DNA of 64,000 nucleotides, from NCBI GenBank assembly GCA_032576855.1, contig JAWFWL010000002.1, positions 44,498 through 108,497 of the forward strand, in the 5' to 3' direction. The position numbers were made by a program, and so were the translations under genes. Each line of letters starts with the position of its first letter. The stretch's first letter is position 1. This document shows, in pieces, positions 54,897 through 64,000 of the stretch. A model generated the notes under the pieces. It did not search any database, had not been told where the DNA came from, and saw nothing but the letters and a program-made list of their open reading frames with translations. This DNA comes from Propionibacteriaceae bacterium. GTDB lineage: Bacteria; Actinomycetota; Actinomycetes; Propionibacteriales; Propionibacteriaceae.

Positions 54897-54996
54897 GCAC
54901 CCCCTGCTACTGCACTGATAGGATCGGGGCTTGGGCAGATTGCCCGTCGTGTGCGCGCACATTCGCGCAACGCGTGGTGGAACAAGAGGTTGAACC

Positions 54997-56376
54997 CTGA
55001 CTGAACAGGCAGCACAAGACACGTTTCTGGATCTAGGCGTCGCCGAACCCATCGCTGAAGCGCTCGCCAGCGTCGGCATTGTCAAGCCTTTCCCCATCCA
55101 GGCACTCGCTATCCCCTTGGCGCTGGGTGGCACCGACTTGATCGGCCAAGCCCGAACTGGAACCGGCAAAACACTGGCGTTCGGTACCGTCATGCTGCAC
55201 CGGCTGGATGCGCTCGCAGAAGATGGCCACCCCGCGCACGGCAAACCACGTGGGCTCGCGGTCTGTCCGACGCGTGAACTCGCTGTCCAGGTCGGCAAAG
55301 ACTTGGAAACCGCCGGCGCAAACTTGAACATGCGCGTGCTCACCATCTATGGCGGAACCAGCTACGACGACCAGCTTCAAGCACTCGACAAGGGCGTTGA
55401 TGTTGTCGTCGGAACGCCCGGACGCCTGCTGGATCTCGTCCAGCGTCGAGCGCTGGATCTCTCTGAAATCCAGGTACTCGTCCTCGACGAGGCTGACGAA
55501 ATGCTCGATCTGGGCTTCCTGCCCGACGTGGAGCGCATTCTCGACAAGACCCCGAAGTCACGGCAGACCATGATGTTCTCCGCGACGATGCCCGGCCAAA
55601 TCCTCTCCCTCGCGCGTGCGCGCCTCAATCGGCCCATCAATATTCGCGCTGAGGGGGAAGACGCGCAGGCGACGGTGCCCGACACCGCGCAGTTCATCTA
55701 TCAGGCCCACCAACTCGACAAGCCCGAGGTTGTTTCGCGCATCATCCAGGCGCAAGACGCCGGCAAAGTCATGATCTTCACCCGCACGAAGCGCGAGGCG
55801 CAACGACTCGCCGATGACCTCGTCGATCGCGGTTTCCCGGCCGCGTCCATCCATGGTGACCTCAACCAGAGCGCGCGCGAACGATCCCTGAAGAAGTTCC
55901 GGCAAGGAACCATCCGGGTTTTGGTGGCTACCGACGTCGCCGCACGTGGTATCGATATCACGGGTGTCACGCACGTGATCAACTACGAGTGCCCCGACAC
56001 CGACGCAACCTACGTGCACCGGATTGGCCGCACCGGGCGCGCCGGACGTAAGGGCGTCGCTGTCACCCTCGTCGACTGGGCGGATGTGCACCGTTGGAAA
56101 CTCATCGACAATGCCCTCGACCTCGGCGTAGCTGAGCCGGTGGAGACATACTCGTCTTCCCCCCACCTGTACTCAGATCTGGACATCCCCGAAGGCACCA
56201 AGGGCCGCATCGCCAAGCCGAAACCCAAGCACGAGAAATCGGATGGCGAGCAGCATGCACGAAAGCCGCGCGAACGCCGTCGAGACCGTTCCTCTAGGCC
56301 GCGAAAGCGCAGGCGAGTGCGAAACGGCGTCGAGGTGGATCGCCCGGCGAAGACGGGCGAGCAGCCGCCTGCCTGA
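54997..56376 (+). CDS. DEAD-box ATP-dependent RNA helicase (RhlE-like); probable non-canonical CTG start
   Basis: Motifs AQARTGTGKT, PTRELA, DEAD, SAT, HGDLNQ, ARGIDI and HRIGRTGRAG, plus an Arg/Lys-rich tail. The Q motif (TFLDLGV...GIVKPFPIQ) is encoded at 55021-55101, upstream of the first canonical start (TTG 55117) and downstream of an in-frame TGA at 54991. CTG 54997 has AAGAGG 7 nt upstream. Confidence 0.75.
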   Translation: MTEQAAQDTFLDLGVAEPIAEALASVGIVKPFPIQALAIPLALGGTDLIGQARTGTGKTLAFGTVMLHRLDALAEDGHPAHGKPRGLAVCPTRELAVQVGKDLETAGANLNMRVLTIYGGTSYDDQLQALDKGVDVVVGTPGRLLDLVQRRALDLSEIQVLVLDEADEMLDLGFLPDVERILDKTPKSRQTMMFSATMPGQILSLARARLNRPINIRAEGEDAQATVPDTAQFIYQAHQLDKPEVVSRIIQAQDAGKVMIFTRTKREAQRLADDLVDRGFPAASIHGDLNQSARERSLKKFRQGTIRVLVATDVAARGIDITGVTHVINYECPDTDATYVHRIGRTGRAGRKGVAVTLVDWADVHRWKLIDNALDLGVAEPVETYSSSPHLYSDLDIPEGTKGRIAKPKPKHEKSDGEQHARKPRERRRDRSSRPRKRRRVRNGVEVDRPAKTGEQPPA

Positions 56377-56391
56377 CGGCTGCCCAACACC

Positions 56392-57483
56392 TCAGTAGTA
56401 CATCATCTGCATCGCGGTGCGGACCTCTTCCAGGGTCTGCACCGCGATTTCTCGCGCCCGTTCGTTGCCCGCTTGCAGTACCTTCTGGAGGTAGCCGGGA
56501 TCCTTCACCAGCTCCTCGCGACGAGCGCGGATCGGCGCGAGATACTCGTTCAACGCCTCCGTCACGAGCTTCTTCAGGCCACCGCCACCGGCGTCGCCGA
56601 GCTCTGCGGCCACGTCGACGGGGTCACGGTCCAGCGCGAGCGCCGCGATGTTGACGAGGTTCGAGACCTCGGGGCGCGTCTCCGGCTCGTACGTGATGTG
56701 GCGATCGGAATCAGTGACGGCACGCTTAATCAGTTTGGCGGTTTCATCCGCGCTGAAACCGATCTCGATGGTGTTGTGCCGAGACTTGCTCATCTTCGCA
56801 CCATCGAGGCCCAGCACCGTACCGGATTTACTCAGCAGCGCTTCCGGCTCAGGGAACACGGGCCGCTCGGCGTCGGCTCGGCCGTATCGCTCATCGAAGC
56901 GGCGTGCGATCACTCGCGCCTGCTCGAGATGCGGCAGCTGATCCTTACCCACCGGCACCAGGTTCGCCTTGCAGAACAAAATGTCAGCGGCCTGATGCAC
57001 AGGATAGGTCAGCATAAGGCCGGACATCGGCCGGCCGTCGGTAGCGTCGAGCTCCGATTTCACCGTCGGATTCCGACGCAGCTCCGCGTCGGTGGCGAGA
57101 GACAGGAAGGGAAGCATCAATTGATTCAGTTCAGGCAACGCCGAGTGTGTAAAGAACGTGACCTGCTCCGGGTCCAACCCCACCGCTAGGTAGTCAGTGA
57201 GGAGGGAATAGACACGTTCACGGATGGGCCCCACACCGTCGCGATCCGTAATCACTTGGTAGTCAGCGATGAGCACCATGGTTTCGACGCCGGCCTTCGC
57301 CAGCCGGACACGATTCTCCAGAGACCCGAACAGGTGACCGATGTGCAGGTTACCTGTGGGCCGATCGCCCGTCAGGATGCGAAATGCGCCAGGGTTCTTG
57401 TGAATCTGCTGCTCAAGTTCTTGGCTTCGCTTCGTTGATCTCGCGAGGGACGCTTCGATGTCGGCGTGGGTCGATGTGGTCAT
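56392..57483 (-). CDS. trpS: Tryptophan--tRNA ligase
   Basis: Class I motifs: a HIGH variant (NLHIGHLFG) and KMSKS. About 360 aa, TrpS-like throughout. Confidence 0.9.
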   Translation of the reverse strand: MTTSTHADIEASLARSTKRSQELEQQIHKNPGAFRILTGDRPTGNLHIGHLFGSLENRVRLAKAGVETMVLIADYQVITDRDGVGPIRERVYSLLTDYLAVGLDPEQVTFFTHSALPELNQLMLPFLSLATDAELRRNPTVKSELDATDGRPMSGLMLTYPVHQAADILFCKANLVPVGKDQLPHLEQARVIARRFDERYGRADAERPVFPEPEALLSKSGTVLGLDGAKMSKSRHNTIEIGFSADETAKLIKRAVTDSDRHITYEPETRPEVSNLVNIAALALDRDPVDVAAELGDAGGGGLKKLVTEALNEYLAPIRARREELVKDPGYLQKVLQAGNERAREIAVQTLEEVRTAMQMMYY

Positions 57484-57535
57484 GCGCCCAAGCGTAGCTG
57501 GTAGAGCGCTGGACTGCCTTCATGCCGGGGTCGTG

Positions 57536-58387
57536 CTAGACGACGCCGCCTCGCCGCCGAATCCGTGCCACTAGCTCGTTGTACGCCTGCACGCGCGTGG
57601 TGTTGCAACCGAGTTCGTGGTTCGTTTTGCCGGTTCCGTGATAGTCGGATGAACCGGTCCGGATAAGCCCTAACCGGGCGCCCATCTCGAACAGCAGCTC
57701 CCGCGTGTCTCGATCATGGTCCTGGTGGTCTACCTCGATACCTTCCAGGCGGTGCTCGCGGATGAGCATCTGGAGCACCTCGGAGGTAAGTACAGGGCGG
57801 CATCCCCGGGACCACGGGTGCGCAATCACTGCAACGCCGCGGGCCCCGTGGATCAAGTCGATGGCTTCTTCCAACTGGCAGGCGTAGCGCTCGGCGTAGC
57901 CAGGCTGCCCTTCACCAATCCATGTCTGAAACGCGGCGGTGCGGGTTGGTACCACACCTTTACGCACCAAGACGTCTGCGACGTGTGGCCGCCCCACCGC
58001 TGACGCGTCGCCCGCCTGTTCATACACCTCATCGATCGTGATATCGATGCCGGCGGACTGGAGATTGTCGATCATGTGCGGTAGCCGCTCAGTACGCCCT
58101 GCCCTGATTCTGGCGAGCTCGGCCTTGAGGTCCGCGTTGCGCGGATCGCAGCCGTAGCCGAGCAAATGCACCGACTTGCCTTCAAACTTCGTCGACATCT
58201 CAAGGCCGTTCAACACCCTCAGGCCCGAACGTCGTCCGGCTTCCTGCGCCTCAGCGATTCCCGCAAAAGTGTCGTGGTCCGTCAACGCGACGACATCCAG
58301 CCCTGCCGCGATAGCTTTCTGGACGAGCATCGTCGGGGAATCGGTGCCGTCAGACACGTTTGAGTGGGTATGCAAGTCGATCCGCAT
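57536..58387 (-). CDS. PHP-domain metal-dependent phosphoesterase (TrpH/YciV-like)
   Basis: MRIDLHTHSNVSDGT, ALTDHDT, and GLEMS. ATG 58387 was chosen; the track ORF adds 35 aa. Confidence 0.8.
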   Translation of the reverse strand: MRIDLHTHSNVSDGTDSPTMLVQKAIAAGLDVVALTDHDTFAGIAEAQEAGRRSGLRVLNGLEMSTKFEGKSVHLLGYGCDPRNADLKAELARIRAGRTERLPHMIDNLQSAGIDITIDEVYEQAGDASAVGRPHVADVLVRKGVVPTRTAAFQTWIGEGQPGYAERYACQLEEAIDLIHGARGVAVIAHPWSRGCRPVLTSEVLQMLIREHRLEGIEVDHQDHDRDTRELLFEMGARLGLIRTGSSDYHGTGKTNHELGCNTTRVQAYNELVARIRRRGGVV

Positions 58388-58479
58388 GCCCCCAATGGTA
58401 GTTGTCGCACACGCGTTGTGGTGTGCGGAAATAATTTTGCTACTCGTCCTTCTACGAACAAGCGCACTAGTCTTTGGGT

Positions 58480-58950
58480 ATGAAGTTGGCATTCCAGCAC
58501 ACGTATCCCGCTCCCCCGGCCGACGTCGCGGCGCTGCTACGAAATGAAGCGTTCTTACACGACGTCGCTGAACATGCCGGAGCCATTGACCACAGCGTCG
58601 AAATCAAGGAGACCGGCACCCGTATTGCAATGGAACTGCCCTCTCCAGAAGGCACGCAGAAGTTCATCGGCAAGACGATTCGCTTCTCCATCCTCATGGC
58701 CTTCGCTGCAGCCGCAGCTGACGGATCGATGCCTGGGACGGTGCACGTCGACGTTCCGGGCCTGCCCGTCGAGGCCAACGCCGTCTCGAAGCTCACGCCC
58801 ACATCAGCCGGGTGTAGCGGCACCTACGAGGGCGAGCTCAAGGTACGTATCCCGCTAGTCGGCAAGAAGGTGGAGGCGCAGGTTGAGCCCTTCATCGTCG
58901 AGGCCTTCGCAGGTATGGAGTCGCGTGCGCGAGTCTGGCTAACTCGCTGA
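58480..58950 (+). CDS. DUF2505 (SRPBCC-like) family protein
   Basis: MKLAFQHTYPAPPADVAALLRNEAFL... with C-terminal KVRIPLVGKKVE..., a typical DUF2505 layout. ATG 58480. Confidence 0.6.
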   Translation: MKLAFQHTYPAPPADVAALLRNEAFLHDVAEHAGAIDHSVEIKETGTRIAMELPSPEGTQKFIGKTIRFSILMAFAAAAADGSMPGTVHVDVPGLPVEANAVSKLTPTSAGCSGTYEGELKVRIPLVGKKVEAQVEPFIVEAFAGMESRARVWLTR

Positions 58951-58956
58951 CCCAGT

Positions 58957-59421
58957 TCAGGAGCGTCGATACTCCACAACGTCGTTCCACAGCAGATCAT
59001 GTTCGGTCAATAGGGCCTGCACCTCGGGGAGTTCCCAGGCGTCGTCGATGCTCGCGCCCGCGGGCACCGTCGGCATCTCGACGCCAGGCGCGTCGGCGAA
59101 CCAGGCTGTCATCGCTTGCGACGGACAGCGCGTGAGCATGCACTCACCGTTTGCGGAATCTTCGCCAGGCTCTACCAACGACGGGTCCACATCCGCGACG
59201 ATCACCACGCGCTCACCGAATTCGATGAGCCCTGCTACAGATGCCAGCACCATAGCCGCATATTCGGCGTCTTCCGACATGTCCGAGGCGTAGCCCAGTT
59301 CGTCGAGCAGATCTTGGGTGACGGTGTACGCCCTGCGCTGTTCGACGGGCACTGTGCCGGTCAACATCTCGAGCTCTGACGTGGCAACAGGAATGAACAC
59401 AAGTTTTCTGGTCACAACCAT
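58957..59421 (-). CDS. Conserved acidic hypothetical protein (possibly DUF6912-like)
   Basis: 154-aa ORF with coding-like GC3 and no recognisable catalytic motif. The C-terminal EHDLLW segment resembles an actinobacterial family of unknown function. Confidence 0.5.
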   Translation of the reverse strand: MVVTRKLVFIPVATSELEMLTGTVPVEQRRAYTVTQDLLDELGYASDMSEDAEYAAMVLASVAGLIEFGERVVIVADVDPSLVEPGEDSANGECMLTRCPSQAMTAWFADAPGVEMPTVPAGASIDDAWELPEVQALLTEHDLLWNDVVEYRRS

Positions 59422-59528
59422 AAGCGTAGGTCGGAGCTACCCTATGCGACTGGGTCACGCGCCTGAGTGGCGTGGATTTTGATTTCCACGATAAGTTCGA
59501 TTGGTTCTGAAGGGAGAAACAACCGACG

Positions 59529-59861
59529 ATGTTGCGCAGAAAATTCTTGGCGGCATGCTGCTCGCTCTTGGTCCTCACGGCTTGCGGAGCTCCTCAAGCG
59601 GAGCCTGTCACGGTGACGCTCAATGTTCCTGAAGACGGTATCGCTCAGCCCATTGAACAAACCGTCCCGGTAGGCGCAGAGGTGACGCTCGTAGTCACCA
59701 CAGCCAAGGACGACCACGTGCACGTGCACGGCTACGAAAAGGCATTCGATACCAAGGCAGGCGAACCACATACGGAAGTGTTCACCGCAAATATGAGCGG
59801 CGCTTACGAGGTGGAGAGCCACGTCGTGAATCAGGTGTACATGAAGCTGGTGGTCCGATGA
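59529..59861 (+). CDS. Small secreted lipoprotein with HVHVH motif (cupredoxin-like?)
   Basis: Signal peptide plus lipobox (LVLTAC). A beta-rich mature part of about 90 aa contains DDHVHVHGYEK and a C-terminal YEVESH. ATGA-coupled to the downstream membrane protein. Confidence 0.65.
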   Translation: MLRRKFLAACCSLLVLTACGAPQAEPVTVTLNVPEDGIAQPIEQTVPVGAEVTLVVTTAKDDHVHVHGYEKAFDTKAGEPHTEVFTANMSGAYEVESHVVNQVYMKLVVR

Positions 59862-61132
59862 TCCTGCTGCATGGGATCGCCTCCCGTTCGGATCTCCCCC
59901 TGCCCTTCGGGCTGGTAGTAGGTGCAGCAGCCGTAGTGTTGCTCATCACCTTTTATTTCTTGTTCTTTGCTTGGAAACGCTCGCGCTTCGAAGACGACGA
60001 CGGCACACCCATGCCGCGACTGACCAAGTTCGTCGACGGCTTGCCCTGCCGCGTATTGGTTCGCACGCTCGCTGGCCTGGTGTGGCTACTGAGCGCAATT
60101 GCGCTCGTCTTTGGCGCCGATCGGATCGACAACCCAGCCGTCGGATTCATCTATGTGTGGTTGTGGGTGGGACTCGTCGTATTCTCGGTGTTTCTCGGAA
60201 AGGCGTACAAAGCCACCAACCCAATCCGCAGCCTGTTGGCATTCCGCAGCGCTGCCAGACCTCTGCCAGACGGTGACGGCTCCCGTGTGCCTGCCGCCAT
60301 CGCGCTTGCGGGCTTTCTATATATGGAGCTCGTCATCCCCCACGGCGCGACGTTGCCCGTGCTGCGCACTGCCGCGGCGTTGTGGCTGATGTGGTGCGTA
60401 TTGGGATTCTTCATCCGCCCCAATTGGATTGAACGGGCCGACCCGTTCGAGGTATACGGCACCACGGTGGCGACGATGTCCCCCTGGAAGCGCAAAGACG
60501 GCGTGATTCAGCGAATGAACCCAGTACGCAATCTCGCCAGCTGGGTGCCACCAGCCGGGGCATACACCGTCGCTCTCGTGCTCCTGGGTGGCACCGCGTT
60601 CGACGCGATGTCGAATACCCCCAAGTGGCAGCGGATGGTGCAAGACGTCTCCACGCCGACCTGGGTACTCGGCACCATCGGCATCATTGCAGTGATGGCC
60701 CTCGTGGCAGCGCTGTACGCCTTCGGATGTCACTTCTTGAACGACGGCGAAGGCTTGCGACAAACCATGAACCGCCTCTCCCCCGGGCTCGTGCCCTTGG
60801 TGGTCGGATATTGCCTCGCTCACTACGGCACATACCTCTACTTGGAGGGTCAGCGCACCGCGATTCGATTCAACGATCCGCTCGGAACCGGACAGAACTG
60901 GTTCGGATTCGTCGAAGCCGCCCCGAACGTAGACCTGTTCGCGTTCCCCACATTTGTGGCGTGGGCGCAGGTGGCTCTCATCGTCGGGGGGCACGTATTA
61001 GGCGTCATCGTCACGCACGACGTGGCGCTGCGCCAGCCAGCCGGCCGGGTGATGCTGAAGCAATTGCCGCTGCTGCTGGTGATGGTGGTATTCACCGTCG
61101 GGGGCCTGCTGCTGATGTTTGGCGGCAGTTAA
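59858..61132 (+). CDS. Polytopic membrane protein of unknown function (about 10 TM)
   Basis: 424 aa with about ten hydrophobic helices by eye. N-terminus LHGIASRSDLPLPF. Conserved His residues lie in TM8/TM9 (CLAHYG, GGHVLGVIVTHD). Confidence 0.7.
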   Translation: MILLHGIASRSDLPLPFGLVVGAAAVVLLITFYFLFFAWKRSRFEDDDGTPMPRLTKFVDGLPCRVLVRTLAGLVWLLSAIALVFGADRIDNPAVGFIYVWLWVGLVVFSVFLGKAYKATNPIRSLLAFRSAARPLPDGDGSRVPAAIALAGFLYMELVIPHGATLPVLRTAAALWLMWCVLGFFIRPNWIERADPFEVYGTTVATMSPWKRKDGVIQRMNPVRNLASWVPPAGAYTVALVLLGGTAFDAMSNTPKWQRMVQDVSTPTWVLGTIGIIAVMALVAALYAFGCHFLNDGEGLRQTMNRLSPGLVPLVVGYCLAHYGTYLYLEGQRTAIRFNDPLGTGQNWFGFVEAAPNVDLFAFPTFVAWAQVALIVGGHVLGVIVTHDVALRQPAGRVMLKQLPLLLVMVVFTVGGLLLMFGGS

Positions 61133-61158
61133 TCCTGGCAGCCGCCACAATCGGGCCT

Positions 61159-61243
61159 TTAGCGCGCGGAATCGTCCCCGGCTGGTGATTCGACGGCGAT
61201 TTTGCTGCTTCCACAGCCAGCCGGGGACGATTCCGCGCGCTAA
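61159..61243. repeat. 27-bp perfect inverted repeat separated by 31 bp
   Basis: Left arm TTAGCGCGCGGAATCGTCCCCGGCTGG (61159-61185). Right arm CCAGCCGGGGACGATTCCGCGCGCTAA (61217-61243) is its exact reverse complement. It lies in the 222-bp intergenic region after the membrane protein gene. Confidence 0.85.
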
Positions 61244-61353
61244 GCCCATGTAGTGCCCTTGCCCTCACACCCCGCGCCGGTGACCCACGCGAAAAAAGTG
61301 TTGTCCTACGTGTTGTAAGACCTAGTGCTCATCGATAGCAGCTACTTAGCGTT

Positions 61354-61719
61354 GTGGCTATGTTTCAACCACCCAGCAGCGCAGCAGGCGCACTTCTTCC
61401 AGTCCAAGTTCCAGTACTCCCGCCACGTCAGGTGGCGGCTCTCGCCACCGCAGTGATCGAATCGCTATTTGGTAGGCGCCCTCTCCATCACCTGCGTCAA
61501 TACCTCAGCCGCCATGCGTTCGAGCAATTGGTGGGCGGCAGGGAGTCAGGCAGATTCACCAAATCCCAGATCGCATCATGGCGGTGGCAAATGCCCACAC
61601 CAACATCAGCCGAAGTCTCCATCCGCATTTCGTTAGGGAACCGCTGGCTCGTGTGTGTGATGCGCCTTGATCTCCTGACGAAATGGCACTGCTCCGACTT
61701 CCGGGTGCTCGGCCTGTAG
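61354..61719 (+). CDS. Rv3235-family protein
   Basis: ...AALATAVIESLFGRRPLHHLRQYLSRHAFEQL... and the C-terminal WHCSDFRVLG are typical of the family found next to secA. ATG 61360 is an alternative start. Confidence 0.7.
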   Translation: MAMFQPPSSAAGALLPVQVPVLPPRQVAALATAVIESLFGRRPLHHLRQYLSRHAFEQLVGGRESGRFTKSQIASWRWQMPTPTSAEVSIRISLGNRWLVCVMRLDLLTKWHCSDFRVLGL

Positions 61720-61739
61720 AGGCACCCGAAAGTCGGAGC
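61691..61739. terminator. Stem-loop between the convergent Rv3235-family gene and secA (candidate bidirectional terminator)
   Basis: GCTCCGACTTCCGGGTGC (61691-61708) pairs with GCACCCGAAAGTCGGAGC (61722-61739): 18 bp with one mismatch. The 13-nt loop contains the stop codon of the plus-strand gene. Confidence 0.55.
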
Positions 61740-61754
61740 AGCTCACGAATCAGT

Positions 61755-64000
<2,246 letters not shown>

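Noticed and set aside
54974-55000. Programmed frameshift from the 8-codon GTG ORF into the helicase frame
   Set aside because: I see no slippery heptamer or stimulatory structure. A CTG start with a well-spaced AAGAGG is the simpler explanation. The possibility is kept as an alternative inside the helicase finding.

Overview
High-GC chromosomal core region, very likely from an Actinomycetota genome. It is densely coding, and many start and stop codons overlap. I found no rRNA, CRISPR array, transposase or integrase. All product calls come from reading the translated ORFs by eye for motifs and synteny; no database search was run.

Gene order follows several conserved actinobacterial blocks. 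The Mycobacterium tuberculosis equivalents, from memory, are:
- Rv1822-Rv1830: pgsA, DUF881, DUF1290, DUF881, FHA/GarA-like, MerR/FtsR-like, DUF151 nuclease, MerR.
- Rv2610c-Rv2614c: pimA, acyltransferase, HIT, thrS.
- Rv2680-Rv2700: DUF3000, rnd, dxs, then RNA methyltransferase, trkA x2, OB-fold, DUF3710, dut, DUF3093, DUF4193, sepH.
- Rv3199c-Rv3202c: nudC, adnB, adnA.
- A DEAD-box helicase with DUF3107, and the Rv3235-family gene next to secA.

Other content:
- Four tRNA genes: Val-GAC, Cys-GCA, Gly-GCC and Val-CAC.
- acn directly preceded by a yefM-yoeB toxin-antitoxin pair.
- A translationally coupled DUF5998 / alkaline-phosphatase-family / GT4 / tdk operon, divergent from an App1-like phosphatase.
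- Convergent topoisomerase IV genes (parC and parE) bracketing about 11 kb. This holds a beta-carbonic anhydrase, a sugar ABC uptake plus GH3 beta-glucosidase cluster, and a four-gene module.

The four-gene module (39738-44477) is my best candidate for an uncharacterised system. It encodes a lipoprotein PBP-vWA fusion, an XpaC-like 2-TM protein, a membrane-anchored PBP paralog and a TelA-family protein.

Other points worth a second look:
- A DEAD-box helicase whose conserved Q motif lies upstream of any ATG/GTG/TTG start.
- A 27-bp perfect inverted repeat at 61159-61243.
- A histidine-rich lipoprotein coupled to a roughly 10-TM membrane protein.
- An empty phosphatidylinositol-synthase slot in the thrS-pimA cluster.
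- An N-terminally short SepH.

The ORF track reports the longest ORFs with ATG/GTG/TTG starts. I trimmed many 5' ends using stop/start coupling, RBS position and family N-termini, so those starts are inferences.
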